A stretch of 63,840 nucleotides of DNA, the filler included, from Octopus bimaculoides (taxonomy: Eukaryota), in the NCBI RefSeq assembly GCF_001194135.2. It is 5 parts of 5 records of this genome, joined end to end, with 100 filler letters (N's around TTAATTAATTAA, not from the genome) between each part and the next. Parts side by side here need not be neighbours in the genome. Positions count along the whole stretch, not along the records: positions 11,805 to 34,051 come from NC_068982.1; 4 more parts are not named here. One strand, written 5' to 3'. The notes below the pieces were generated by a model. It did not search any database, was not told where the DNA came from, and saw only the letters and a program-made list of their open reading frames with translations. Below are positions 12,640-26,846 of the stretch, in pieces. The position numbers were made by a program, and so were the translations under genes. Numbering within the stretch: position 1 is the first letter of the stretch; each line of letters opens with the position of its first letter.

Positions 12640-13080
12640 AATTTCAAATTTTGACTCAAGACCAACAATTTTTTTTTTTTTTTGCAGGAGGGGAAAGTCA
12701 ATTACATCGACCTCCGTACTCAACTGGTACTTATTTTTATTGAACCCGAAGAGATCAAAGGTAAAGTCTATCTCGGCGGAATTTGAGCTCAGAACATAAA
12801 GACGGTCGAGATGCCGTTAAGCTTTCTGTCCAGCGTGTTAACGCTTCTGTCAGCTTGCCGCTTTTGTTATAATAATGGTTTCTAATTTAAGTACAACACC
12901 AGCAATTATGAAGAGAGGAACTTAGCTAATATTATCAACCCAATACTTGACTGATATTTTATTTCATCGACCCCGAAAGAATATAAAGTGAAGTTAACTT
13001 CATCTGGATTCGAAAGCCCTGAAGAAGAACCGCAAAAACATTTTTTTAGGATTCTCTAACGATTTTGCCATTCCATTGCC
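12640..13080 (-). mobile_element. Two tandem SINE family A copies
   Basis: Family A motifs repeated with an aataatgg spacer. Confidence 0.65.
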
Positions 13081-14857
13081 TTTCTCTTCGTTGCAATAAT
13101 GTGCAATGCAAATTCCAACTCATAAACGAATTCATACTGATACTTATATTTATATTTAAACCTATCACATGGTGGCAGCATTATCGAACTGATCGCAAGA
13201 TTTTGGCATTTATTTATATATAGAATGAATCGAATTTATATCTCTGTTATGCCTCTTTAACTTATCCACGGTTTCTTTTGATGTCTATTTTGCACCCAAC
13301 CTCACTGCCTAAAACCCCCTCCACCACAACCACCAATAATAATAATAATAGCAACAACAACACTCGTGACTACCTTTACGTGTTTGATGCACGCACAACT
13401 TCCTTCTATCTAGGAGCATCGGTGCATGTCTACCTATTGTTTTATTCATTTCTGTATGTGTGCCTGCTCCTATATATGGCATATTATTGTTTCACTATGA
13501 ATCTCTTTCTCTCCCCACTTCTCTCTCTGTTTCACCCCGTCATTACACGCGCGCGCGCACACACACACACGCACACACACACACATATGTATGCGTTTGT
13601 GTGTATGTATATACACATATGTATGTATTTCCTCTCACGCTTGTACGTATGTGCAGTATTAAAATTATGTCATTAATACAATTTTTTTCCCCAGAAATAT
13701 ATATATCCATTCATGCATGTCCTTGGATCGAACGTTCTGCTGACATATTTACTCTTACTTACAATGCTTTAGAAGATACGTTGGTTGTCAGATAAATAAA
13801 TCGACCTAGAATAGCAAAGGAGGAAATAGGTCACTTGCGATAGAAGGGTCACGTGCAAGAGCAGCAACGTATATAATTAAGATAGTTTACAATGAGTATT
13901 TTTCTCTTTTCTTGCACGACACAGAAATTGTAGCAGAAATTGCTTACATTGATTCAAGAAGTTAAGAATTGCTAATGATATCTTGGTGATTCGTAATGTA
14001 ATTACTTCAGAGAAAATATGCTCTTCCCTTTAGATGATCGATATACATTAATGCTTAAAGAATAATAGATTAAAGTATTCTTTTATATATCTAAACGTTT
14101 TAATAGGAATAAACCTTGAAAAGAAGCGGTGATACTAGATTTTTATCTTTCCTGCTTCGATGGTAAAAGCTCTACATTTGTTACTGCCTTTTTTTCTTTT
14201 TAAAGCGCTATCTAGTGTTTATAGAAATGTAGCACTTTTCATAAATTGTTCAAGATAGCAAACAAAAATATCCATTCTGTTAAGCAATGCACTCAGCTTA
14301 AGCATGTCACTGGTATTGCAATTGTAGGAAAATATGAATAATATTTCTGAACGCATTTAATCACGTTATCGAACTTTCCTATCATTTATCTTGTCTTTTT
14401 AGCGTCAGTCAGACTTCGTGTCTGTATGTATGTTCCAAAGTGGTGGCATGCTACATACTAGTGGCTTTCTCTCATAGCTTCTAGATCTACATCTGTGAAT
14501 ATACCAAACCTCGGCCATCATTGTAAAAATGAAAAGCTCTCAATGTAGTATTTCACTATAATAGCTGTTTTAATTATTGGTTTATTCATTTTATGTATAC
14601 GGGAGCAAAGTATAAAAAAATAATTTCACTTCTTATTTTCCTCTTTTTTATTCCCTCTTCTCTCAAATTTTTGTTAAGCTAGCACAATTTAGATGGATAT
14701 CAAAGAATAATCTAATCCATAAATATATAGCTATTCCAATGTCCTCACCACTGACAACACCGTCTTTCGAAAAAAATACAAAACAATGAAAATAGAACAT
14801 TCATACATAAAATACTATTTCCCAGAGAACGATTAACCCCAAAATATTGGATTCAGA

Positions 14858-15060
14858 TTCTGGCGCAAGACCAGCAAGTTTGAAGTAGGTGATAAGTCGT
14901 TTACATCGTCCCCAGTGTTCAATAGGAACTTATTTTATCGGTTCCGAAAAGCTGAGAGGCAAAGTCGACCCCGGCGGAATTTGAACTCGCAACATAAAGA
15001 CGGACGAAATGCCGCTAAGCAATTTGTTCAGCGAGTTTACGATTCTGGCAACTCGCCGTC
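14858..15060 (-). mobile_element. SINE family A
   Basis: Family A consensus motifs (ggcaaagtcgaccccggcggaatttgaactc...gccgctaagc). Confidence 0.8.
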
Positions 15061-15704
15061 TTCTAATCTCAAATATTAATATCTTCTTCAGTGCAATGCT
15101 ACGGTTTCCCATAATACTCCTGCGTCTCCTGCATTCTATATCATTACAAGGCTCCGGAAAGTTACAAACTTTACAGCTTTCGAAAGCATTTCTCTTGCAA
15201 CAATAACATTTCTTTGAATACTAAATTCTTTGATATTAACAAATTACATCGACTAAGTTGTCACTATGAAGTTGCATTCAAACAATCCCTTCACTATTAG
15301 TGTTTGTGTGAACGTGTGTGTGTGCGTGCGTGCGCTTGTGTAGACACAAAGTATCGGCGTTTTAGCTTTCTATTATATGATATTTCGGTAGGCTCTTAAA
15401 TAACGATATCTGATGATCCAGTCAACAATCATCATTGAAGTCAAATAGTTTTCTACTGAATCTCGAAAGGAGCACCATAACCGTAGGTCTAACGGTGTTC
15501 ACCCCTCCTGAACCTTTCTAAAAGACAGATCTAATATTACCACTATGCTCTAAAATAATATAGATGTTCTGCTAATGCCGCTCTCCAATCAATCTGATGA
15601 CAACCAACATCACCGCTATAAGCCTACTAAACGCTTTCATTTCAGCGATACTTCGATATTTTCCCTTCCATTCTTCAGGTTACTTTGCATTCCTCTTGCA
15701 ATAT

Positions 15705-16090
15705 TGGCAAAGCAGCGAGCTGGCAGAATCGTTAGCACACCGGACAAAATGCTTAGCGGTATTTCGTCTGTCTTTACGTTCTGAGTTCAAATTCTGCCGA
15801 GGTCAACTTTGCCTTTCATCCTTTTCGGAGTCGATAAATTAAGTACCAGTTGCGTACTGGAGTCGATCCAATCGACTGACCCCACTCCGCCCCAAACATT
15901 TCGGGCCTTATGACTAGTAGAAAAGAATATATTATATTGGCAAGGCGGTGAGCTGGCAGAATGCTTAGCCGTATTTCGTCTGATTTTACGTTCTGAGTTC
16001 GAATTCCGAGGTCGACTTTGCTTTTCATCCTTTCAAGGTTGATAAATCAAGTACCAGTTGAGTATTGGGGTCGAGGTGATCGCCTGGCCC
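15705..16090 (+). mobile_element. Two tandem SINE family A copies
   Basis: gagctggcagaa...gttctgagttcaaattc...gcctttcatccttt...gtcgataaatt...gtaccag twice; tRNA-like A/B boxes in the head; the central segment resembles the Nin/Deu-type SINE domain. Confidence 0.8.
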
Positions 16091-17248
16091 TTGCCCAATC
16101 CTTCCGGAGGATCAATAAAATTGGTAAGTATTGAAGTATATTATCGAATATACCCTTTCTTAGAATTCCAAGTTATGCCGAAGGAAGAAATCTATATATA
16201 TGTCATTATAATTATATTTATATCTTCACTTTTCAGATGCATGAGAAGACACGTACGATCTTCAGTTGTGGTTTCGAATCCTGGATCGGGTGTTGTTTTT
16301 TTGCTTCCGTATGCTACAGAAGATATCTGCAGTCAATGCGTAAAGTTTACGTTTGGTGCATACACACCCATTTCTTTCCCTATAATGGTTCTATAATTTA
16401 CCATGTAAATATTTTGTCCCGTACAAGTAAATTGAATAAACATGGTATTAAATTAATGGCTTTCAGGTCAAGAGCTGTATACTGCTGCAAGGATTTTTCT
16501 TTTTCTGAAAATTCAAGGCACCACATTCATTGAACTAAAAAAAAAGAAATGAAAAATCGTGTGCAATAAATCAACTTCGGGGTACTAGACTTAATCCATT
16601 TCACTGTTTGACATCGCCACCTGGTCTATGGGTACTCGAGAAAGCTGCGTGACAGGATCCACTTTCGGATAGTATTTTCACTGTGTATTTGATGACATAA
16701 AAATCATCACTTATTCCCCCCACAACCTAAAAAGAAAAAAACATCTTTAAACAATTAACCCGGTTCATATTCGTGAACTTGTGTCAATTGTTACATGTTT
16801 AACGCGCTAAAAAGATTTCTTCATGAATATGCGCTGCTAAAATTGGGATCGTCTGATATGTCCGTGGGCTTTTTATAACATCAATTACGGTAATTATTTA
16901 TGTTATGTAAACGGAAAAGGTTAATCAAAGGTTATTCAAACGCCTTCTGAGAAGTTTGTTTTCCAACACGTTTTTAATGACTTAGTCAGAGGAGTGCCCA
17001 TGACATTTTAAAGGGACTCGGACTAGTGGAAGGAAGGAAGAAGTTATCCTTGAGAAAAACACCCTCCCTTCCTTCTACAAGCCTTCCATCAAAGACTTGC
17101 CCTGAATGTTTGCACCAAGGTGGACTCTGCCAAAGACACCTAAGGACCAATTAACATTGTTAAACGGGGTGAGGGATTATCAATAATGCAAACGATGATG
17201 TTGATATTTTGACATTGTTTGTGGAGAAACTATATTCTATGTATGTAT

Positions 17249-17473
17249 TATTTCTTTACTACCCACAAGGGGCTACACACAGAGGGGACAAACGAAGACA
17301 GACAAACGGATTAAGTCGATTATATCGACCCCAGTGCGTAACTGGTACTTATTTAATCGACCCCGAAAGGATGAAAGGCAAAGTCAACCTCGGCGGAATT
17401 TGAACTCAGAACGTAGCGGCAGACGAAATACCGAAATACGTTTCTGCCAGCTCGCCGCTAACGTTTCTGCCAG
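17249..17473 (-). mobile_element. SINE family A with long target-site duplication
   Basis: Direct repeat CTATATTCTATGTATGTAT at 17230-17248 and 17474-17492; internal head deletion and short duplication of cgtttctgccagct. Confidence 0.9.
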
Positions 17474-17544
17474 CTATATTCTATGTATGTATGGCGTCCC
17501 ATTATGTTAAATTACTCTTAAGCATGGCATAATAATCTTTTTGT

Positions 17545-18058
17545 ACTATAAGCATAAGGTCGCATATTTTGTGAGAGGCGAGGCGATTATCTTGAACTCA
17601 GTACTCAACTGGTACTTATTTTATCAACCCTGAACGGATGAAAGGTAAAGTACACTTCGGCGGCACTTGAACTCAGAACGTAAAACCAGAAGAAATGCTG
17701 CCAAGCATTTTGTTCGATGTGCTAACGATTCTGCCAGCTCGCGGCCTTTAAAAAAATCGATCCCTCGCGGGATTTAAACTGGGACTTATAGGGTTGTAAC
17801 TAAATTCTACCAATCTACTGTCCTTAAGCATAACACATTAATCTTTTCTACTATATGTACAAGGCCTGAAATTTGAAGAGAGGGGGCTAGTTGATTATAT
17901 CACTTCCAATGCTCGATTGGTACTTATTTTATCAACCTCGATAGGGTGAAAGGTGAAGTCAACCTAGGCGGAATTTGAACTCAGAACGTTAAAAAACGGA
18001 CTAAATGTCGCTAAGCATTTTACTCGACGTGCTAACGATTCAGCCAGCTCACTGCCTT
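17545..18058 (-). mobile_element. Two further SINE family A copies
   Basis: Family A motifs at ~17545-17750 and ~17845-18058. Confidence 0.75.
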
Positions 18059-18331
18059 AATATGACATAATAATGCCGACAAATATGCGTTATGTAAGAA
18101 ACACATGTTCTACGGAGATGTTGAAATTACTGAATCAGTTACGTTGTTGCTAATCAATGTTCCATTTGACGGTTGGCAAATATTTACGCCCATTGTGGTT
18201 ATCTTTAACTATATATTTTTTTTATATGCATGTAGAAAATGCTACTAGAAGCATTGTTTTAGAAAATGATTTAGTTAACGAAAATATTGACATTGCAAGA
18301 TATCTATCGATGTAATATTTACTTGTACAAC

Positions 18332-19004
18332 CAGTGGCGGCTCGTAGATAAAATTAGTGGGGGTGCTGCTTCAGAAAATTTTTAGCTGTTGTTTTGATAT
18401 TGTGTAAAAGGAAACAAACATATAAAAAGAAAACTTATTCATAAATTTGATCGGTTCGTCTTTTAGCCATGCCGGCTGTTCACTGAACACCGCCCTGAAT
18501 TCCTCCTTGTTTTTCAAAAATCCCCCCTAAATCACAAAATATGGTGAGGAAATGTGCCCTATTTTTCAATTCTTGGCAGCAACACTGAAGCTGGAAGCAG
18601 GATAATAATCTAATTCTACACTTTATCACATTCAAGAATATAAACACATTTTTAAGCACAACACACGCGGAGTCAAAAAGAAACACTATCTTTCACCCGG
18701 CACTGTCGTTCATGCAGTGCTCTCTCTCTCCCTAGCGTGAGGTTTCCTATCTCGGACATATGAGCATGCGCACAACAGCCAAACACCGCGTTGCTGGAAC
18801 TGTGAAGCGCACAGTTCTATACAAGGATTTTTGTATTTTTCTCATAAACTAGGGGATGGCTACTGACATTAAGCTTAAGGATTATATAATGTACAAGTAT
18901 AAAGAAAGAAGTAAAGAAAAAAAGGACTCATTATATTGAATGTTATCGATAATATCAAGTGGAAATAGGGAGTTCTGCAGGTCCTATACACGAACCGCCA
19001 CTGT
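18332..19004. mobile_element. Non-autonomous hAT element (673 bp)
   Basis: TIRs CAGTGGCGGCTCGT / ACGAACCGCCACTG; 8-bp flanks TGTACAAC and TGTACGAC (7/8 identical). Confidence 0.8.
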
Positions 19005-19572
19005 GTACGACAGTATGATATTAACAGAAGAGCCACTATATAAGTGTAAACTTTCGTTGTCTAAAGAAAATTTATGGAACCTGAACTATCAGTCTACTGA
19101 AATATAGATAAGGCGGAAATAAGACACAGAGAAATGTGCGTGTGCGTGTGCGTGTGCGTGTGCGTGTGCGTGCGTTTGTGTGCTTGTGTGCAACGATGAA
19201 GTGACAGAGTTATTAGAAGGTCGAACAGAATGGCATTTGATGCTCTTTTCAATTGTCTCCGCTCTAAATTCAAATTTCGCCGAGATTAACTTTACATTCA
19301 TCCCTTCAGGGACGATAAATAAAGTAGCATTTGAATATTCTCTGTTTCTCTTTCAATCCCTATCTCTCACTACCTTTGCTTCTGGAAGAAATCGACTGTG
19401 ATCAGGGTTCCACCATTTATAAAACTTCAAAGACACGCTGCATGTTACAACAGTACTTCTATGACTTGATGCTGTTGAAGATTTAAGGTAAAGTAGAACT
19501 AGACAATAACAGAGCGAATAATCAGTAAAAAGAAAAATATATATATATGTTGATAAAATAATATCCCGTAAC

Positions 19573-19793
19573 TTGTTGGCACTCCGTCACTTACGACGAC
19601 GAGGGTTCCAGTTAATCCGATCAATGAAACAGCTTGCTCGTGAAATTAACGTGAAAGTGGCTGAGAATTCCACAGACACGTGTACCCTTAACGTAGTTCT
19701 TGGGGATATTCACAACGCCCGGTCTGGGAATCGAAACCGCGATCCTATGACCGCGAGTCCGCTGCCCTAATCACTGGGCCATTGCGCCTCCAC
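19573..19793 (-). mobile_element. SINE family B, internally deleted, with 11-bp TSD
   Basis: Head and tail of family B joined directly; TATCCCGTAAC at 19562-19572 and 19794-19804. Confidence 0.9.
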
Positions 19794-22700
19794 TATCCCG
19801 TAACACACTGAGATATAAGAACATTACATAAAAAAAAAATTTTCCGTGTACAATTTCTAGGACATGATGGAATTTGAGTTCAAAACTAGGAACTAATAAT
19901 TCTTTCGTTAATCATGCATTCCACATAGCTTATAACTCTACATTTACACGAGATCTGTAACAGCTAAATTAGCGGAACCGTTGGACGTAAATTTCATTTT
20001 TCTTTTTACCAGAGACAAACTAAAATGTCATAATTGATATTGCTGGCTCTTCATCTAGTATGCTGAATTTCTCTTCTCCATAGACTTGCTTGATGCCCTC
20101 TGCAAACCTGTGGGTACGCGCTCGCGTATGGTAAGTGTCCATGAGTAATATTTCATCATAACTATAATTTAAAAGAAATTAGAACTTTAAAATGATCTCT
20201 TTAAGCAAATATTGGTATCTGGTGTAATAAAATTCAAACAATTAGTAAGATTTTTGAATTTTCAATACAAGCAATGAATAACATTTGTAAAAATACTTAT
20301 CGAACTTTGAACTTTGTCCATTGTGAAACATAAGCCCTAATTTGGAATCTGTTTCAAAACGTAACTATTCTTTATATGATCGAAGTTCTATACACTGTTT
20401 TTGCTCCGATAATTATGTTAGGATTTAGTTTGGGGGAATTCCGAGAAATTTTACCACGTTTAAGTAGACATGCAATTATTTTGACTGTTTGTCTTTTTAA
20501 AATAATTTTCTGTCACTGGAATATATCCTGTGGTTGAAATAATTATATGTAGATGTTAACTTTGAGGAATAACAATAATTTTATCGAGATGGTTCAGAAT
20601 AAAACAAGAAACATTCAATGAAAATAAATGAGAAAAAAATATTTCGTTGCAATTTCATACTTCTTAAAATAAAAAGATGGTGTTTAAATAAAATAAAAAC
20701 TTTTCCAACCTGCCATAATGAACTTCACTCTATGTGTACGTGCGTGTTTGTAAGCATGTGTACACACACAAACACACACACACACAAACACACATATATA
20801 CTAGCCTATTATATATGCATGTGCGTATGTTTATATATATGCATGGATTGATTTAAGGACACAACCATACATAAATACATACATATATACCAGACATGCT
20901 TACATTACATACATACATACATACATAAATACATACATACATACATACATACTGAACACAGATATTTCAGGCATTCCTCAACAAAAGTCATGAACATAAA
21001 TAACTTTTACTGTATTTGACAGTGCAAGTTCACCAATGATTTAAGTTGGAGAGATCCTCAACAATTTTAAGACATTTTTAGTTTAAACCTCAATGAAATA
21101 TTCAAGCAATTTATATAAAGCTTTCTGTCATATTTTATTCTCTTTGGATCCAGTCTTGAATTATTTTCAATAAAAGTCTAATTATTCCTCTGACAAAAAT
21201 TTATATCAAATATACGTGATGTCTGTTATGTCGATGCATTATCAACACTTTACCATTTAAACAAACCATATCTGACACAAATATTCTATTTATTATATGT
21301 TTATGTTGGTCGTATCCGTCCTCTCACACTTACTCTACCATGTCATTCTAAAAATAAAAAATAACATCATCGAAATTTTAAGACTACAAGATAGTTCATG
21401 ATTAATTCAAAACAATGTTATTAAATAAGCATCACATTTGACATAGTAATTTAAACACTACCAGTTTGAGCTTATTTCTTTAGAAATATCATTTTTGCCA
21501 GCTCAATGATACTTAGTATCCAATATATCTCTCTTGAGCAGGTTATAAATCTTGAGACCAATACAGCCAAATTCGTGTTAATGAATATGATTTAGCAATA
21601 GATCAATCATTAAGACATATGAAAGTATGACTGATAGTTTATAGCTTTGTTATAATGATTAGAATATTTTAGACATTGGTTTTCGAGATAGTCTGAGGAT
21701 AAACTAATGATTAAGTTAAATTGATCATTAAAATGATACTCAGAAACTATATCGTTGTTCTATATTTTCATGTTAATGGTCTTTGTATTCCTTCTTTGTA
21801 CACAACGAGAATGGATGTTAGACTTTAGGCAAAGTCTAAAGACAACAAGATTTTAGACAAAGGCAACGTATTTTAAAAAACGATAAAATATTTCAAACAA
21901 CGAAACAAGAAGAATAAAGTAATAGGTTTGATTGGCCCAAAGTCAACTCTGATCAAGCAAACCTATGGTCGAATACGTTCCAGCTGATATCAATTTGTCT
22001 TTATATATGCTCAGGCCTATATTGTCCAAAGTATCCTTTATTTTTAAGACAGTAGGGGTATAATTTGAGGGAGACTTGGCTGTTGTATTTCGTAAATCGA
22101 GCTACCGCATAGAGAATCTCCTCTGTTGACTCAACCAAAACAATAATAGAACATTAACGCATCTTAAATGATGGCATTTCGACTCTATAAGCATAAAAGC
22201 TATTTCAGTAAAAACTTGCATTCTTAAAAAAATCGAAACCGCTCTGAACGATCCGAGTATACTTAAAATGATGAACCAGAAAATATGTTTTTACCTGTGT
22301 TGTTTTGCTTTCCATTAAGTGGACTGTTTACTTTAGAACAAACAGATTTTGCAAAAAAAAAAAAATAATCCACAATGTACAGAGATGTTTCTTAACTATG
22401 TATATAAATTGCTGAATATAATTGTCTGTAAGAAGAATATATTTTCCAGTTTCATGCAAATGTCATCATTGTGACTAAGTCTATAGAATTAGATTCAGTC
22501 ACAATGAAGTTTGTATGAAACGATGAAGTTCCTATAAGAAAAGATACAAAAAAAAAAAAACAAGGATGAGCTGTCAAAGAAAGCAGACAGTTGCATTGAA
22601 CTCGGCTATAGTTATAAATAGAAATAACTAATTAAAAGAAGTAAAATATTTATTTTATATAATTACTTCATAAAAAAGTTTTCCAGTGAGTTATTTCATA

Positions 22701-22849
22701 TGTTGATGAAATAACGGAATATACGTGCCTAAAACTATTATTACTCAGTTTCATACAAGTCTATATGTGATGACTGAAATATATAGAAATAAGAAAGAAA
22801 GTGATAACTGAAGAAGTGCCGACAGAGTAGGAAAAGTAAGCAGTAATTA

Positions 22850-23135
22850 CAGTAATTCCTCGACTATCGCGGGTGTTACGTTCCAAAATCCCCGGCGATA
22901 GGTGAAAATCCTCGAAGTAAAAACTGTACTATACTGTATATTTTTTGTATTTTTATAATTTGTATATATTTGTTTTATAAATGCAAAACAACACCACGGA
23001 AGAATCGAGGTAGGCTTAAATAATAAACCGCGATAGGTAAACCGCGATAGGTAAACCGCGATAGGTAAACCGCGATAGGTAAACCGCGATAGGTAAACCG
23101 CGATAGGTAAACCGCGATATGGTGAGAGATTACTG
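22850..23135. mobile_element. Tigger/pogo-like MITE with internal 14-bp tandem array
   Basis: TIRs CAGTAATTCCTCG..TATCGCGG / CCGCGATA..GAGAGATTACTG, TA on the left flank; AAACCGCGATAGGT x6 at 23025-23108. Confidence 0.7.
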
Positions 23136-23681
23136 AAAATATAAAAATATAAACTAAATAGAGGCACACTAAGCAGCGATCATTGAAATAAAGCCGTATA
23201 CATTTATATAAGCACTTTTGTCTTTTGTGGAAAAGTCTTCGCTGGAGTAACTCTCCTTAAAAACAATGTGGTGAAAACACATTGAGCTGGGTTATGAATG
23301 ACATCATTGGATTGTAGAACGTGTGTTTCTGCGTCATCAGCTTCAGACACCGAATCTATCATCCATAGCCTACCTTCAACAAGAAATAAATTTATTGAAG
23401 TGTGCAAATCTTGGTCAAGCTGGATCTAAATAATTAGAGGTATACCAAGCAGTGATGATTAAAATTAAGCTGCGTCAAGTTATACCTAACCCATTCGTGT
23501 ACACTCGCACGTGGTAAGAATTTCGCTGCGACGACTGCCTCGCCCGAGGAGGTTAGCGCAGCGAATGCGCGTGAGACTTCTTTATGCTGGCGTATGAGTG
23601 ACGTCACCGAATTATATGACATGTTTTTGTCCTGGCTCACATTTTCCGATGACTTGCAAACACAACATATCTATATACAAC

Positions 23682-23772
23682 GGACTTCTTTCAGTTTCCG
23701 TTTACCAAATCACAAGGCTTTGGTCGGACCGAGACCATAATAGAAGCCACTTGCTCATAGTATCATGCTGAG

Positions 23773-23775
<3 letters not shown>
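23682..23775 (-). mobile_element. SINE family C fragment
   Basis: gacttctttcagtttccg...aaggctttggtcggaccgag...agaagccacttgc. Confidence 0.65.
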
Positions 23776-23842
<67 letters not shown>

Positions 23843-24271
23843 CATAATGAGCAACGTCATAAATTTCGTGTCACATGAGTTCATCTCCATAATACATAAA
23901 ATATTGGAGCAAAAATTTAACTGTCTCTGTTAAGTGCCATTACAGTATGAAGTAATGTGATCTTTCATTGAGTTAAAGTTGTGAGATATATTATTTCATA
24001 TGAATGAATAATAGGATATCTATACATCTATACCTACACACACACGGGCGTGCACATGTATACTCAATCTTAATGAAACAACTACACTCTTACACTCTGC
24101 ATTTTGTTCCTGTGCGTATATGATATACATTTGTGTGTGTGCGTGTGCGTGTGCGTGTGCGTGTGTGTGTGCGCGTAAGTATAACTTCCTTTCTACTAAA
24201 AGACCTTGCTCAAGTTGATAGAAAATATCAGTAATCCTCACATAGCCTATTACCTTCTCATATAAATATAG

Positions 24272-24273
<2 letters not shown>

Positions 24274-24361
<88 letters not shown>

Positions 24362-24545
24362 ACAAACACACACACACTCACACACTCACACAAACACACA
24401 CACACACACACTCACACACTCACACACACTTACAAACACACACACACTCACACAAACACACACACACACACACACTCACACACTCACACATTCACATACA
24501 CGCACACACACAGACACTCACACATACACACACACATACATACAT
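24274..24545. repeat. (CA)n and degenerate CA-rich microsatellite
   Basis: Direct reading. Confidence 0.95.
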
Positions 24546-24974
24546 TCAGTCGTAGAAAAGAAAATGTTAGTGTATATGCCTGTGTACAATATAAATACAA
24601 CGGTATAAATATACGATTATGTCAATAATGTTATTTATACATGATGTTTATGTTTGCTTATATGCCTGCGGACGGGAGCAATAACTCAAATTCCACACTC
24701 TCAAATGTACACCCCACCACATACACACATTCGTATATTATTATTATTAACAGTAAAATAATAATACTCTATTGTAGTCTCATGATAGCCAAATTACCAA
24801 TTAGTATCATACTAGGAGTTGAGAACCAACTCCGATAATCAAAAGTAGCTGAAAGGAATAGTGTGGTGTGTGGTCTTCGTCATACCCGTACGTACATACA
24901 TACATGCATGCATGTATCCATGCATACATACATACATGCATGCATGCATATACATGCATATACATGCATATAAA

Positions 24975-25320
24975 GGACGTAGTATACAGAGCCACCCTTA
25001 CACCATCCGATGGCATTACTAGGCACTATACGGGTATGACGGCTAATAACTTCAAGACAAGATACTCCCAGCATATGCACTCGTTCGGGTCCAGGGACAG
25101 AGAGAATTCTACTTCCATGTCTCGTTTTGTCTGGTGACTCCGTATCAATTGTACTATTGTCGATAGAGTCGACCGTATTCACCCTGCACCCCAACTGCCA
25201 GCTCTGCCTCCGCGAAACATTGCATATCCAACAACCCGCAGTATCCATCAATAAGCAATACGATTTATCGTATTGTTGTCATCAGAGATATGCCCTTCTG
25301 ACAAATTTCAGGCCTCTGAC
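24975..25320 (+). pseudogene. Penelope-like GIY-YIG endonuclease, degenerate C-terminal fragment
   Basis: DVVYRATLTPSDGITRHYTGMTANNFKTRYSQHMHSF...STSMSRFVW then, shifted, CQLCLRETLHI...SINKQYDLSYCCHQR: the VVY..YxG..FKxRY..H and CxLCxxE..CxH motifs of Penelope EN domains. Confidence 0.8.
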
Positions 25321-25511
25321 TGCCGACATCTCGGATATGCCACCTTACCACCAGCTGATAATTTGCACAGCCTGCACGAAGGTCACCGCTACCAATCCTA
25401 TGAACAGGACCGCCATTTACCAATCCCCAACGTTTAGCAAGGTATACAGTCTTGGTAATTTTTCCACTTTGATAATTAGTTGTCAACTTGCAAACTTATA
25501 AACGTCTAAAT

Positions 25512-25727
25512 ATTCTTTTCTCCTCTAGGCACAAGGCCCGAAATTTTGAAGTAAAGGGCCAGTCGATGAGATCGACACCAGTAAGCAACTGGTACTTAAG
25601 TTATCGACCCCGAAAGGATGAAAGGCAAAATCGACCTCGGCGGAATTTGAACTCAGAACGTAAAGACAGACGAAATACCGCTAAGTATTTCGACCGGCGT
25701 GCTAACGTTTCTGCCAGTTCGCCGCCT
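25512..25727 (-). mobile_element. SINE family A, full length
   Basis: Close match to the family consensus from tail (cttttctcctctaggcacaaggcc) to head (ctgccagttcgccgcctt). Confidence 0.85.
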
Positions 25728-25834
25728 TATAAACGTCAAAATACTGAAGTGGAAAAATTATGAGAAAAACCATTTCTATTCATTTTTTCCAGTATATAAT
25801 ACTGTACCAAGGATTTCCTATTTCTACTACTACT

Positions 25835-25870
<36 letters not shown>

Positions 25871-25874
25871 AACA

Positions 25875-26291
25875 TATATTCTTTTATTTGTTTCAGTCAT
25901 TTTGATTGCAGCCATGCTAGAGCACCGCCTTTAGTCGAACAAATCGACCCCAGGACTTATTCTTTGTATGCCTAGTACTTATTCCATCGAGCTCTTTTGC
26001 CGAACTGCAAGATTTCGGGGGCGTAAAACACACCAGCATCGGTTGTCAAGCGATATTGGGTGGGTGGGGGACAAACGCAGATACACACGCACATAAACAC
26101 ACACACACACAAACACACACACATACGATGGGCTTCTTTCAGTTTCTGTCTACCAAATCCACTCACAAGGCTTTAGTCGGCCCGAGGCTATAGCAGAAGA
26201 CCCTTGCGCGAGGTGCCACGCAGTGAGACTGAACCCGGAACCATGTGGTTGAGAAGCAAGCTTTTTACCACATACCCTCTCCTGCGCCTAT
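25875..26291 (-). mobile_element. SINE family C, full length, with internal (CA)n
   Basis: Reverse complement of 30053-30410 with a longer internal dinucleotide tract. Confidence 0.85.
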
Positions 26292-26689
26292 ACATGTGTA
26301 ATCTATAATTCAATGCAATATGCAATAAAGTGATCCGTGATGATTCGTTGTGGTTGAGCATCAAGATGTATTTGGAACACCAATTGCAGGGTTCCAACAA
26401 CTATTATGTGCAGATACGTTTGTATTTTCATATATTATTAATTGTAAATATACTATTTACGATTGTTATTGTAAATATCCCATTTGTTGTCAAAATATTT
26501 TTATATGTTATCATGTATTAATAAGGCTTATTTTGACAATTTACTTAATTAATTTGTACTGTTTAACCTGAATAGGCTTCGTTTTCGGCACTTATTGTGG
26601 AAATAATTATACATCTCCATAGATTCGTTCATATTTCATATTGAAAATTTTGCGCAAAATATTTTTGTGACTGTCTGGTAAGAAATTTG

Positions 26690-26810
26690 CTTCTCAATGA
26701 CATGGTTCTGGGTTTAGTCCTATTGTGTGGCACCTTGAGCAGAGGGTCTCTTCTATAGCTCCGGGCCGGCCAAAGTCTTGTGAGTGGATTTGGTAGACGG
26801 AAACTGAATA

Positions 26811-26846
<36 letters not shown>

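Noticed and set aside
15413-15475. CTGATGA followed ~50 nt later by GAAA
   Set aside because: I could not build convincing stems I and III.
20013-20130. Apparent plus-strand exon (TTTTACCAG ... GTAAGT)
   Set aside because: Stops in all three plus frames; the minus strand resembles a mariner N-terminal relic (GIKQVYGEE). A non-coding exon cannot be excluded.
21023-21070. Acceptor followed by CKFTNDLSWRDPQQF*, faintly like a proprotein-convertase motif
   Set aside because: 15 codons then a stop; no supporting exons; chance-level similarity.
23025-23118. Regular short repeats here and the four-copy array at 31.5-32.4 kb as possible CRISPR
   Set aside because: No unique spacers of uniform length, no cas genes, eukaryotic context.
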